Positions 25,760-40,046 of a DNA stretch of 64,000 bases are shown here, piece by piece. A program made the position numbers and the translations under genes. Within the stretch, counting starts at the first letter, position 1. Each line of letters starts with the position of its first letter. The stretch covers positions 60,388,001 to 60,452,000 of the forward strand of contig OX597823.1 of assembly GCA_951406725.2 (NCBI GenBank). Direction: 5' to 3'. The stretch is from Octopus vulgaris. Taxonomy: Eukaryota. The notes beneath the pieces are model-generated. The model saw nothing but the letters and a program-made list of their open reading frames with translations. It was not told the DNA's origin and did no database searches.

Positions 25760-25815
<56 letters not shown>

Positions 25816-26170
25816 GTTTAACGTCCGTTTTCCGTGCTAGCATAGGTTGGACGGTTCGACCAGGGTCTGGGAAACCAGGCTCCAGTCTGATCTGGCAGTG
25901 TTTCTACAGCTGGATGCCCTTCCTAATGCCAACCACTCCATGAGTGTAGTGGGTGCTTTTTACATGCCACCGGCACAGGTGCCGGAGAAGGCTGGCAGCG
26001 GCCACGATTGGTCGGTACTTTTTACATGCCACCAGCATAGGTGCCAGGGGAGGCTGGCAGCATCCACGATCAGTTGGTGGTTTTCACATGCCACTGGCAC
26101 AGAAGCCAGTCAAGATGGCGCTGGCATCTGCCACATTCAGATGGTGCATTTACATCCCACTGGCACAGGA
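25760..26170 (-). mobile_element. RTE LINE 3' UTR with internal tandem motif and (GAT)n tail
   Basis: Repeated GGTGCTTTTTACATGCCACCGGCAC; homologous to 44895-45340. Confidence 0.85.
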
Positions 26171-26383
26171 GAAATAAATTATGAATGAAAAAATTAAACA
26201 ATTCGAAACAAAAATCCTTCAAATATGTAATAAGAAAACAACTTTAACAAAATATGCATTTTTGTTAGAGTACATGTCCTATGCAAATTTGCAAACTAAC
26301 AACAAGTTTCTGACTTAAAGTCTCATGACTGAAGAGAAGACACAAGAGTCCATGAGATATCTCTAAAATTTTTAGCATACATC

Positions 26384-26679
26384 GTGTGTGTGTGTGTGCG
26401 TGCTTGTCTATGTGTGTGCATGTGTATGTGTATAAGTATGTATACATATATATATATGTATAAATGTATATATATAAGGTATATATATATACACACACAT
26501 GTATATATTTATATCTATATATGTATCTATATATATATGTACGTATGTATATGCATGTATGTATATATATATATGTGTGTGTGTATATGTGTATATATAT
26601 GTATATATGTGGGTGTATATATATATATATATATATATGCATATACATATAGATATATATATGTATATACATACATATA

Positions 26680-26736
<57 letters not shown>

Positions 26737-26740
26737 ATAT
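26384..26740. repeat. Compound (TG)/(TA) microsatellite
   Basis: Direct reading. Confidence 0.9.
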
Positions 26741-28982
26741 AAGAGAAAGATCTTGAGGGAATACATCAATGTATGATAGAGAAAGCACCTGATCACCGGA
26801 ATAAGACTGTTTTAAATAGCAAAATACTTTCTCTTACTTCATCTGCTTGATGGCACTATATCTAAGCTTGTTCCCAATAACACTTTGAAGATATATTTGT
26901 CTTATATTTCTCATAAACAACACATTAGTTCTTCTCTGTCCACATGTGTATTGACTGCTGTAATGTAATCCATTTCCATCTCTCTCTCACTCTCTCTCTC
27001 TCTCTCTCTCTCTCATCTTTCTCTCTCTTTCTCTGTTCTATATCTTGTTTCTCTTTTTTCTCTTTCCATGCACAACACCATATACTTTATAAAATCCATT
27101 TACTACTGTTTTTCTTTGTTTTTGTTTTTCTTTTGTTGTTGTTTTTTCTTCCACCTTCTTTCTCTGTTGCTGCATACTTCATACTTATGAATTAACTGAT
27201 TACAAAAGATTGCTAGTTGGAAATGATAAGATCACAGAAAAATCAAGTCATTCAACTGAGCATGTTTACAAGATTGGTATCCAATGATTGCTCTTATACC
27301 AGAGTTTATTTTTGGTAAATGTTATGTTTAGAATGAATCTTAGAATATTGGTGACAGAACAAGATGAAAAACCTATTAAGCAATAGGAATATTTACTTTG
27401 ATGGTTACACTTCTGATAAGGAAATAAGTATAGAATTGGACATTGAGAAAGTAGTGTTTAGAAAATCAAGCTTCACTGTTTTAGGAAGCAAAATTAGGCA
27501 AACTATCTTTAAGAGATATTTGACAAAAAAATAATACCTTGATTGAATAAATGATAGACAAGTCTTTTATCTGTGTTTTGGCACTGAGACCATTTCTATG
27601 CTTAAAGGGCTTGGCTTTGATTCAAACAATTACCAATTGGTATTAAACAGTGTTATTTATTCATTCAGGTGTCTTGTGTGTGTTTTATATTTATATATAT
27701 TATTTTTTTTGTTTTTGTGTTTTTTGTAATGATATCAAAATAAGCTGACCCTATAAAAGTTATTATTCAAACAGATTTATTATATTGCATATGTGTACAG
27801 AAAAATCTCTTTGAGAATTGATGGTAGGAAAAAATAATTATTTCTTTTTTTTTTCTATATCAACATCTCCATCTTCTCCCTCATCTTTATCATCCTTATC
27901 ATCATCATCATCCTCGTCCTCATCACCATTTTCCATTTACACATGCATATAGTTATACATACAGTAATTACTCAAATTCAAAATGGCTGAAGACTAGCAT
28001 TTTGCTTGAAACTCAGAGTACCAACAAATTTGGATAAGACAGTCGTGAACCATACATGTAACTCCCAATAAATGTATTGAGTGCCCTTCTTTTGTATCTG
28101 CTGAATAGCAGGCAGACATCTACCTGAATAGCAGAAATGGGGTGTTTAATCATTGCCCACATAAAAGAAAGTACATCCTATCATACCTGTGCACCCCACC
28201 ATGACTGCAACCACTGGTCCCCTGCCTCAGACCTGTATCAACGACCTTCCACCTATCACTCAGGCCTGGCAAAAAGAGTTTCATTAAGACAAACACCAAT
28301 GCACCCATGTACACATACGCATACCCCTAAGGTGGACACCCCACAAAATAGGTCTCCACCACCCATAACACATACCACTGCACACAAATTGTACCTCCAT
28401 ACATGCACAGACCCAACTCACACACACACACATTACACAGTGCATGCTAGCATAAAATACCCCACAACTGAAAGTGCCCATGCGATGCCACATAAAAGTC
28501 CCCATGCAGTGTTACATAAAACGCCCATGCAGTGCCTCATAAAAGTGTTCATGCAGTGCCACATAAAAATTCCCATGCAGTGCCATGTAAAAGCTGCCAT
28601 GTGGTGCCATATAAAAGTGCCTGTTAGGTGCCCCATATAAGACCCAGCACACTCTGTAAAGTGGTTAGCATTAGCAAGAGTGTCTAGCCATAGAAACCAT
28701 GCCATATCACTCTGGATCCTGGTGCAGCTCTCCTAGCTTGCCAGCTCTGGTCACACTGTACAACCCACGCCAGCATAGACAACAGACATTAAAGGATGAG
28801 GATGATGATGATGATATGTGTGTGTGTGTGTGTATACACAACAGGTTTCTTTCAGTTTCTATGAACCAAATCCAGTCACAAGGTTCTAGTCATCTGCGGG
28901 CTATAGTAGAAGACACTTGCTCAAGGGGTACCCTGCAGCAGAAATGAACCCAGAACTAGGTAGTTTTGGAAATAAACTTCTT

Positions 28983-30380
28983 TATTTCATTACATTTGCC
29001 ATAAAGGCATAATATAGATGGAAGCTTTGCAGGCTGGACACAGACACAATGATGATGATGGAATGAAAGAAGAGATGGTGGGTGGGGGAAGCAGCCAACG
29101 CCCACCAATTGTTACTTCCCGATAACATTGTTCTTCTTTAAAAACACAAATGAGGTGTTGAACCTCTCACAACAGTAATAAATTGAAGTGCTGAGCCTCT
29201 TACCAATCAAAAAAAGAGTTCAGCAAATATATTCAACTTGTGGCACTAAGCCTCTTACCAAAATCACCAACTTCAAATCGAGGCACTAAGACTTCTTACT
29301 CTACCTCCCCGATTAAGGTTCTTGCTGCCTGTAGGCAAGCCTGCAGTCACAGGCTGGGATCTCATTAGAGATAATTGTATTCATCCTTGGTAAAAGAATT
29401 TATCACCGTGTAGAAATAATTTTCCGCCATGACCTCCACAGCCACCTGTGGAGGCCAATCCAGGCTTTAAATGCAGGTCAGGACCGTCTGTTCCCGACCT
29501 TTAAGATTCCTCACAAAGTTCTCTACTGCCCCTCCCTTAAGAAAGATCACAAAGTCATCATTTATTATACTGGGAGGGCCACAGTTTCCTCCATCGGGGG
29601 CACAATTCCCACCGACGAGGTTTCGGGACATGCTGGCAGTGCACTACTAACTGCACAGTCCCATTCTGTTTCTTCTTTTTTCTCATCTTTGATACAGGAG
29701 GGGGTGGTTCCTCTGCTTTAACCAGAAGATCATTCCCCTTTCTTTTTGGGGAGGTCTATACCTCCTCAACTACCTCCATCTCTCCCTCCGGAGGAGGAGG
29801 GGGACTCTTCCACAACCAACTGTTCCAGGACCCTACTCTGGTCCAGTGGACAGTTCTTTTTAATGTGGCCTGGTTCCAGGCACAGATAACACTTGGGGAT
29901 GGGGCGTCCCTTAAGTATTACCAGGTGCCTGCAACTGACCATTTTCAAGAAATCTGGAAAGACCAGATTCTTGGCTGATTGGGTCTACAGGGTCAAAACA
30001 GCTTTGGCCCCAACCCAATCATCCACCGGCAAAATTTTAACATTAAACAGCTTGGATCCACTGCCACCCAGACCCCAGCAGATAGTGTCCTCTATTCACT
30101 AAGGTTCAACACTTGGTGGCAACCTGCAGACCCAAGCTCTTGTTAACTTCTTCCCACAATACGTGGGAAGAAACAAAATTTCTTTGCCCTCTAAGGGCTG
30201 GCTTGCAAATTTACGAGCCTCCTCAGGGGTGTCAAATAACAACCACACCACTGCATATTTGACCTTGGAGATGAATTTAATAGTTGGCAAATACTCTGCT
30301 AACTCTTTTTCAATTTGAATTTTTTTAAACAGGGCGATGGTGTCGAGCGACTTTGAGTAAGTCCTTAACACCACTGTCCT
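28983..30380 (-). mobile_element. LINE ORF1 (gag-like) retroposed insert with no recognisable ORF2, inserted in a SINE head
   Basis: RRM-like VVWLLFDTPEEARKFASQPL, zinc knuckle CYLCLEPGHIKKNC, AATAAA at the 3' end, CTTCTT duplication at 28977-28982 and 30381-30386 splitting a SINE. Confidence 0.7.
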
Positions 30381-31632
30381 CTTCTTACCACACAGCCACG
30401 CCTACACCTGAATTTATCTTTTGATAAAATTTGAACAGGTAATAGTGATCTCTATGGAAATGGAGAATAAGCAAGCATTTAAAATGCAATCCAACTATTG
30501 TTGTTTTGCCTATATAGTATAGAAATTTAATTTTTCATCGGTTCTTTTCTTAGTTTAGCAAATAAAAAAAGAAATAAATAAAAAAGAAAACACTTTTGTT
30601 TGTTTTTTTGTTTAACGTTTTAACTTAATCATAAAAATATGTTACTATGGAATAAAAATTGTCAATTTGATAAATTATGGGATTTGATTTTGTTTCAAAA
30701 AGATCTGTACAAAATTAAGTTATTAGTTGAAATATTTGCAGCAATTTCTAGCATGATTTTATAATGTTGTGAATAGATGTAGATGTTGAAGGCAGAAATT
30801 TTGGAGGGCAATAGTTTAAACAGGTGTTTTTTGCACAATAGAAAATAATAAATAAAAATAAATGAATACATAAGCAGTTCAAAAGTTAAATTATTTACAA
30901 GAAATTCGTTTTATGTATTTTGAAAGTGACATAAAAGTATTATTTAGTGTTTTGTTTGTTTTTTATTTCTTGTTTTGTTTGTTTTGTTGGTGTTTTTTTT
31001 TCTGTAGAGTTCGTAGAGTTTTATTTTTATTTTTCATTTTTATTTTAAGAAGAAAAAGACTCCAACCTGACTTTTAGAGAAGATAACACTCACAGAACAA
31101 AAAAAAAGGGGGGAAAACAAAACAAAAAGATTGATTTGGGAACAAAGAGAGGAATTCTATTTTGGTTGGGAAAAGTCAATGCTGTTGTAGTTGTAAAGAA
31201 GCAAAAGAGGAGAATTCTTTCTTTTTTTTCTGTTTTCTTTTATTCCTTTCAGTCATTGAACTGCAGCCATGCTGTAGCTCTCCATTGAAATAAATAGTAG
31301 TTCCTAAGTGGAGAAACAGAGAAACAAACCCTAACTGCCATTTTGAGAGCATGGAATACTAAATTCAGTCACCTAGAGAAGCAAAAAGGAAGAGAATGAA
31401 ACTCAAGACCTAGGAAGGTCGAAATTACCATCCATATAAATTTTGTATGGTTTTTCACATAACTTCATTTCATTTTGAAAATGACCAATCTGGTGTGTTT
31501 ATTTAATGGCCTATCAATATATACAGTGAGTTTCTTTGCCCTGGTTTCAGAAAGACTTTTGACAAGAAATGGAAACAAAATTGAAAGAAGAAAAATTAAT
31601 AGTAATAATAATAATTGAAAGAAGAAAAATTA

Positions 31633-31663
<31 letters not shown>

Positions 31664-31665
31664 TG

Positions 31666-31695
<30 letters not shown>

Positions 31696-31697
<2 letters not shown>

Positions 31698-32117
31698 TGG
31701 AAGTGTTATCATGTACATTGTTTTGTCTTGGTATAAAAGATGGGCTACAGCAAATATTCTGCTCAATACCACAGATTTGCTTGTCAGTTGTTTGACCTTA
31801 ACCAGTTGAGCATGTCCCTTAGTGGCTGACGATATGTGCATCTCTGATCATGAGCAGAAGTAGTGGGGGAGCATCATAGCCATGTGTTGAGAAGGATTCT
31901 TTGGGGTTTGAATAATTCACCTCTGGAAACATGGGTGTTTCGTTCAACGTCCTTAAACAACCCTTATTCAGGGACCTTTTGAGCGGGATGGGTTACTCAA
32001 TCTGAAGAAAATTCTAACTGGGCTCCACCTGCAAGGTCATGTGCTGTTTATCTTGATATGAGATCCGTATATTTTACCCCAGTGTCACTTTGATGGCATG
32101 CTCTGCTCGCTCACTCA
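31696..32117. mobile_element. Non-coding repeat D embedded in (TAA)n
   Basis: Reverse complement of 33736-34078 and 48338-48882. Confidence 0.85.
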
Positions 32118-32141
32118 ATAATAATAATAATAATAATAATA

Positions 32142-32893
32142 ATGATAAAAAATGGAGCAGACCCAAAATGCCGATTCTGCAATGACATGATTGAAACAGT
32201 GGACCACCTAATCTCCGGATGTAAAGTCTTAGCACCAGTGGAGTATAAATTAAGACATGACAGAGTTGGCCAATATCTACACTGGCTAATAAGTCGGCAT
32301 TACAATATCAAAACTGCCAACAAGTGGTATAATCACCACCCTGAAGCTGTAACTGAAGGAGAAAATGTAACCATTCTGTGGGACTTTCCAGAACAAACAG
32401 ACCAAACCATCAAAGCCAATAAACCAGATATTGTTGTGAAAGACAAAAACAATAAAGTTTGCTTATTGATCGACATGAGCATCCCCTGTGATCATAATAT
32501 CTCAGCGAAACAGTTTGACAAGCTCAGAAAATATAAAGACCTACTCATTGAAATTGAGAAAATGTGGCATCTCAAGGCAGTTACAATACCAGTGATCGTA
32601 GGAGCACTAGGAATGATCAAGAAGGGAACCGAAAATTATATGAGAATGATCCCTGGCTTACCATCCCTGCAAGAAGTGCAAAAGATTGTCTTAACTGGTA
32701 CATCACACGTATTGAGAAGAGCATTGTCGCTGTGAGAGCTGTTACTGCCCATGTATTTTAATTTAACCTTGATTGAACGAACTATTGAGTTTGGTTTAAT
32801 GGCCTACCAATGTATACTATAAGTTTCTTTGCCCGAGGAGTCGGGAAGACGCTCGGCAAGAAATGGAAGCAAATTTGAAAGAAGAAGAAAAAA
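32142..32893 (+). mobile_element. R4/Dong-clade LINE 3' fragment (CCHC knuckle, RHD motif, PD...D RLE) in (TAA)n
   Basis: ORF 32142-32735 CRFC...ETVDHLISGC...RHDRVG...ILWDF...NKPDIVV...LIDMSIP...KYKDL; (AAT)n flanks. Confidence 0.9.
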
Positions 32894-33060
32894 TAAATAA
32901 TAAATAATAATAATAATAATAATGGCTTCGAATTTTAGCACAAGGCCAGGAAGTTTGGGGGAGGAGGTAAGTTGATTACATCAAACTGTGTTCAATTGAT
33001 TCTTACTTTATTGACCCCAAAATGATGAAAAGCAAAGTCAACCTTGACATAATGATGTTG

Positions 33061-33127
<67 letters not shown>

Positions 33128-33400
33128 TGATGATGATCATGATGATCATGATCATGATGATAATAATAATAATAAAAACAATAATAATCCTTTCTACAAA
33201 AAGCACACGGCCTGAAATTTGTGGGGGAGGCACTAGTTGATTACATCACCCCCAGTGTTTCACTTGTACTTAATTTATTGACCTCAAAAGGATGAAAAGC
33301 ACAGTTGACCTCAGCAGAATTTGAACTCAGAATGAAAAGGTGGACAAAATGCTGCTAAGCATTTTGCCCAGCATTCTAACAATTTTGCCAGCTCGCCAAC

Positions 33401-33432
<32 letters not shown>

Positions 33433-33643
33433 CCTTTCTGTTATAGGCACAAAACCTGAAATTTGAGGAAGGGGGATAGTCGATTACATTGAGCCCAGTG
33501 TTTCACTGGTACTTAATTTATTGATTCCAAAACGTTGAAAGACAAAGTCGGCCTCGGCAGAATTTGAACTCAGAATGTAGTGACAGACAAAATACTGCTA
33601 AGCATTTTGCCTGGTGTGCTAACAATTCTGCCAGCTTGCCACC

Positions 33644-33690
<47 letters not shown>

Positions 33691-33704
33691 TATTATTATT
33701 ATCA

Positions 33705-33735
<31 letters not shown>

Positions 33736-33736
<1 letters not shown>

Positions 33737-34078
33737 GAGTGAGAGAGCAGTTCATGCCATCAAAGTGACACTTGAAAAAACCACCTATGTTTCCAGAGGT
33801 GAATTATTCAAACCCCAAAGAATCCCTCTCAACACATGGCTATGATGCTCCCCCACTACTTCTGCTCGTGATCAGAGATGCACATATCATCAGCCACTAA
33901 GGGACATGCTCAACTGGATAGGGTCAAATAACTGAAAAGCAAATCTGTGGTATTGAGCAGAATATTTGCTGTAGCCCATTTTTTATACCAAGACAAAACA
34001 ATGTACATGATAACACTTCCAATCAGTTAAGATCAAAAGCCATGAGAGCCACTGCCTGGTACTGCATCAGGGCATTTA
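33736..34078. mobile_element. Non-coding repeat D embedded in (TTA)n
   Basis: Shares both termini with 48338-48882; internal deletion. Confidence 0.85.
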
Positions 34079-35524
34079 TTATTATTATTATTATTATTAT
34101 CATCATTATTATTATCATCATCATTATTAGTATTATCATTATTATTATTATCATTATTATTATTATTATCAATGTGTTGGAAAGGCGGTGAACTGTCAGA
34201 ATCGTTAGCACTGTGGACAAAATGATTAGCAGTATTTTGCTCGTCGCTATGTTTTGAGCTCGAATTCCACTGAAGTCAACTTTGCCTTTCATCCTTTCAA
34301 GGTTGATAAATTAAATACCAGTTGAGTACTGGGGTCGATGTATTCAACAATCCCCCTTCCCCAAATTTCAGGTTTTGTGCCTATAGTTGAAATGATTATT
34401 AACGTGCTGGGTACAAGCTTCATCTAGAAGTGCTGTGGTTATTGATTAACCCCAAGTCATAATTAATTAGGATCTCTGTTGGAAAAAAAATTTCCAGCTT
34501 TGTCCATACAGAATAGTATTTTGTAGAGAAGTCGGACAAGATTCCATTGAGTCTTTCCTTTTTAAAGACTGTAGGGTATAATTTGTTTGGAGATTTGGTT
34601 GTTATTGTTAGCAGGTCAAGTAATCCCATACAGGTACCCTTGTTGGTTTGTGTATTTCTGTATGTGTAATGTGGGCATGTGTGAGTGTGTGTGTGTGTGA
34701 GTGCGTGCGTGTAGATGTGAGCCTGTGTTTGACCATGTTTTTGTGTTAAGAGTGTATGCAGGTGCATGTGTGTGTGTGTGTGTCAATTACTGGAGGTGTT
34801 CCAGACCTAAATGTTTCATGATAAAATCAATTACCAGTGGAATCTCTGCACATATCGTTACCATTTATTATTATGAAGAGCACTTACGTGACCTGAGTGT
34901 TTGGCCAGTCAGGGTCAGTTATCGGTCAGTCGTTTGGTGAGAAAAGGAAGAAAGAAAGAAAGAAGGAAAGAGTGACAGACAGAGGGGGAGAGATAGAGAT
35001 GGGAGTGGGCAGAAAAGGAAAAGGAAACTGATTCAGAAATGGTTTGTAAGAGGAAAAGGAAAATACAATCTTTACCTTAGTGAAATTTAACATGGAACTG
35101 ACCAACAACTCATAAACCTCTTTAATAAGTGGAGGCAGGAAATCATTTCGTAAATTTCGTAAATATCAGAGCCAGTGTCACAAAAATAAATACTAGCTCA
35201 AAAATGCAAAAGATATAATTCGTTCTGAAATAATTGACCGAAATCTGACCTTCTTTTCTCAGAGATTATTACAAGTCACATGTGTAGCCTCCATAAAAAC
35301 AAGCTGTAGTAACATTATGTTTAGCCAGCGAAATGGTGATTGCATCTAGCATGACACATTTTAAGCAGTTTTGTATGTGTTGTCTATGTATGTGTAAGTT
35401 TGGCTGTTACTTGTAAGTGTAAAGTCGATCTGTTACTACACACTCTTGCTGATGAACCCACAGTAAGAAGACCAAACACACACACACATATAGACACAAA
35501 TGTATGTGCACAAACACAGACACA

Positions 35525-35561
<37 letters not shown>

Positions 35562-36404
35562 ACATTCACACACAGATATAGGTATAATGTGATGGTGTAT
35601 GTTTTGCAACATATTTAGTGAATAACTAGATGATAACACCACACTTTCAAATAACTGAACATTTTAAATATTCACACCTCTTAGCACAATGTCCCAGTAC
35701 AGGCTAATATGTAAGAGAAATGAAAAAGACACAGGAACCTTCGCATTATCAAGGCACTGGTTGGCGTTAGGAAGGGCATCAAGCTGTAGAAACACTGCCA
35801 GATCAGACTGGAGCCTGGTGCAGCCTCCTGGCTTCCCAGACCCCGGTCGAACCATCCAACCCATGCTAGCACGGAAAACGGACGTTAAACGATGATGATG
35901 ATGATGATGATGACTTTATTAGAAAACAGAAACCAACTTTGAAATGCAGAGGTGAGTTGGATTCATAGGATAAAAATTCTTCCCAAATCATATAGACTCT
36001 TAAGGCTGGTTTCCTGATTTCCATGGCATATACATTCCCCACTTGGATGGAATATTGGTCTCTTGCAGGATCATGCATTTTTGCCAGATGAGTAGACAGA
36101 AGCAACATGAAATGAAGTGTTTTGCTCAAGAATATAATGCATTATCCAGTCCAGGAATTGAAACCACAATCTTATGATCATGAGTTCAACACCCTAACCA
36201 CTAAGCCACGTGCTTCCACAGTTGGATACATGAAAATTCATATTTAGTTTCTCTGAGTAGTAAAAGTGTGGTCTCATGTTTGTAGTTCATTTAACTAAAA
36301 TTTCTGCAAGGCAGTGTCCCAGCATGGCTGCAGTCCAATGACTGAAACAAGTAAAAATATGAAAGATATGGATACAGGAGACTCTATCACAGCATTAAGG
36401 ATTC

Positions 36405-36446
<42 letters not shown>

Positions 36447-37019
36447 CATACATGTGTGTGTGTAAATATGATGAGCTTCTTTCAGTTTTCATCTATTAGA
36501 TCTACTCAAGGCTTTGCTCAGCTTGGGACTATAGTAAAAAGACACTTGCCTGAAGATGACTCTGCTATGGGACTGAACCCGAAATCATGTTACTGAGAAG
36601 CAAACTTCTTACCACTCAGCCACGCATCTATTGCGCATAAATATTTATATATCATACATAATTAAATAATAAACGAGTAATTCAGAGAGCTTCTTACAAT
36701 GAGAAGGAATCACAAATGATTTATCATTCTTTATATATTCTGAGCAAATCATTCATCTACAGAGAAAAAGCAACAACAAATTGCTACAAACCAGAGTTCA
36801 CTGGTTTGTAATAATTCTTTGCTGCTTTTCCTGTGTAGAGATTGGTGATTCACCTGAAATATATAAGGAATTAATAAATCATTAATTCTCTCTTTGCACT
36901 GTAAGAAGCTCTCCGTTTTATTTCTTTATTGTTTTCTGATATCATAATGCTTTAAGAGAACCGCTATACATTTCTCATTCCTTCTATATGTTTGTATGCA
37001 TTTGTGCATGTATGTATAC

Positions 37020-37053
<34 letters not shown>

Positions 37054-37209
37054 ATATATATATGTCCCACCCATGCTAGCATGAAAGGAAGATGTTAAAT
37101 GATGATGACGATGATGATATCATGATCATGATCATGATTATGTAGATATATGTGTGTGTGTGTGTATTATATAATATAATATAATATAATATTATATTAT
37201 ATTATATAT

Positions 37210-37510
37210 ATTAGTTTTAGCTAAATGCTTTGGTCATGCTGGGGCACTACCATTTTGCTACACTACTGTTACTGAGAGCATCATCTAATATGTGGCATTT
37301 GGTGAATAAGTGAGTTTGATGTCACTACCCTCAATTGCACCTCTTGTCATGAGGTAGGTTCATCTGGAACTTTCGACAGGAAGAGGTCTAGTTTTGATTT
37401 GAAAACACCTACATCCACTTTGTATAGATCCCTCTGGCTCTTTGGGAGAATATTAAAAAGCTGTGGGCTCCTGAAACCCAGGCTGTTGCAGTAACTGGTC
37501 CTGAAGTGCA
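37210..37510 (-). mobile_element. CR1/L2-like LINE 3' end
   Basis: Minus strand YCNSLGFRSPQLFNILPKS...FKSKLDLFLSKVPDEP followed by a 3' tail. Confidence 0.75.
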
Positions 37511-37583
37511 AAACTTTAAAATGGCAAATAATTTAACTTTTATTATTATCATCGTAATCATCATCATCATCATCATCATCACC

Positions 37584-37614
<31 letters not shown>

Positions 37615-39039
37615 CTGTCACCATCATCATTATTATTATTATTATTATTATTATTAATATTATTATTATTGTTGTTGTTATTATTCAGTAAAATACAACA
37701 CAGTCAAGTACTGAGGTTGATGTAAATTACCAAATTCTCTCCCACTAAAAGTGCAAACCTTGTGCCAAAATTGGTAGCAATTATTATTATTTTTGGTACC
37801 ATTGTTATTTTAATCTATGAAGCCTTACCATTTATTGAATGACCGCTTAGTTCTTATGTCTTGATAAGATGTCAGTCTTTTGCAGAATTGAACTCCATAA
37901 CTCCATATTGTTAGCCAACACATAAGTTAAAGCATTTTTACAATGCTATTTCTATCACTATGTAACTAACAGCAGTAAATAATACTATTAAACAGTATCT
38001 AGGTGGCCTTAGCCATTCACAATGAAAGGTCTTGACCAAGAACATATTGGTGAATGTATGCAAAGTGCTAAACTCTCGCACTTTTATTTTGTTATTCTAT
38101 CAATTTCATCATACAACTTCACTCACAACATAATGGCAATGCCAAAGAATATAATTTGATTAAAAATAAACAAAATGAAATCTTGGGAAAGTAAATTACT
38201 TTACCAGAAGCAAATGTTTTTTTTTTACCCTTCAGCAAAGTTATTTAGTTTTGTATGAATTGACTAATCACGTTGAGAGGGTGAAATTGTCTTTTTATTA
38301 AGAAAAATAAATTAAAATAAACAGGTACGAAATTACTTGTAAAGACTTTTGTTGTCAAAACTTTTGTAGCAAGGAATAATGTTCTACTGGTCTATTTTGG
38401 ACTTTATTCCATCAATAACTCAAAACGAATTGAAAACTGGACAGTTGAAGAGAGGTGTTAAATAGCATTGGGGTGCTGGTGTGCTTTTAAAGAGCAGAAG
38501 ATGTGGGGAAAAAAAAAAATTTTGAATGTTGGTAATTGCAGTTTTGTGTCCTTGAAAAGAAAAGTGATTCAATTTGTCGTTATGAGATCTTTTCCACTGT
38601 TGAAATATATCTAATTTATAACCTGGTCTGATCTGTGACAGATATTACTTACATACATATGCACTCACACACACTCATGCATACAGACACACACATACAC
38701 ATACACACACACATACACATACACACACACATGCACATGCATACATGCACACAAACATTTGTGTGTGTGTGTATCGTCACCACCATTTAATATCCACTTT
38801 TCTGTCCTTGTAAAAGTCAGACAGAATTTGTTAAGGCAGATTTTCTATGATCAGATTCCTTCCTTGTTGCCAACTCTCACCTGTTTCCAAGTAAGGTAAT
38901 ATTTCCCCAAAGCCAGACATGTTTACACAGAAGATTGGAAATGATGGTGACACCTTGTTTGTGACAATCACATGAAACTGAGGTAAGGAGACAGTAATAC
39001 ACCCCAACACATACACACACACATACACACATACCTATA

Positions 39040-39290
39040 TTTTGTTGTATCTTGAGGGTGTCTGTATGCCAATATCAAACACACACACACACACACTGGC
39101 TCAATATCACATCTTTATTATAAGTCAATTGGTTAGTTATTTAACCAACTAATTAACCGATTGCTTGCGTAATCACTGGATTTATCAATAACCAATCAAC
39201 TGACTAATAATAAAGAAGTAATATGAAAACCAGGGTGTGCTTTAATTAGTAGCATTCTGCTTTTCCTGAGCTACAACAAAATTTGTGTGA
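39040..39290. repeat. Imperfect inverted repeat, about 250 bp
   Basis: tttgttgtatc...ctttattataagtcaattggttagttat pairs with ataaccaatcaactgactaataataaag...ctacaacaaa. Confidence 0.55.
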
Positions 39291-39882
39291 AATACACAAA
39301 TTCATGTCAAGAATCTGGCAGACCAAGTGCAAAAAGCCACATGGTTCTGGGTTCAGTCCCACTGCATGGCACCTTGGGCAAGTGTCTTCTTCTATAGCCT
39401 TGGGCCAACCAAAGCCTTGTGAATGGATCTGGTAGATGAAACTGAAAGAAGCCCATCATATATATATGTATACATTTATGTGTACGTGTGTGTATGTATG
39501 TGCGTGTATATGTTTGTGTGTCTGTGTTTGTTCCCCCACTATTGCTTGATAATCAATGCTGGTGTGTTTATGTCACCGTAGCTAAGTGGTTCAGCAAAAG
39601 AGACAGGTAGAATAAGTACTAAGCTTACAAAGAATAAGTCTTAGGGTCAATTTCTTTGACTAACTCCCTTTAAGGTGGTGCTCCAGTATAGCCTCAGTTA
39701 AATGACACAGAGAGAAAGAAAGAGAAAGAGAGGCATAGTTGTTTGGTAAGAGGTTCAGTCCCACTGCATGGTACCTTGGGCAAGTTTCTCCTCTATAGCC
39801 CAAGACAGACCAAAGCCTTGTGAATGGATTTGCTTCATAGAAACTGAAAGAAGCTCTTCATGTATATATATATGTATAGCTA

Positions 39883-39965
<83 letters not shown>

Positions 39966-39982
39966 TTATCTATCTATCTGTG

Positions 39983-40045
<63 letters not shown>
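39883..40045. repeat. (TATC)n microsatellite
   Basis: Direct reading. Confidence 0.95.

Positions 40046-40046
<1 letters not shown>

Noticed and set aside
25950-26170. Repeat-spacer pattern resembling a CRISPR array (also 45070-45340 and 16961-17310)
   Set aside because: Repeats are degenerate, spacers are related to each other, the context is a eukaryotic retroelement or satellite, and there are no cas genes
26321-26360. CTGAAGAG inside a hairpin
   Set aside because: No GAAA or UH half
39860-40045. N-terminus of the 245-aa ORF
   Set aside because: (TATC)n read in frame with a 5'-truncated LINE; not a real fusion protein
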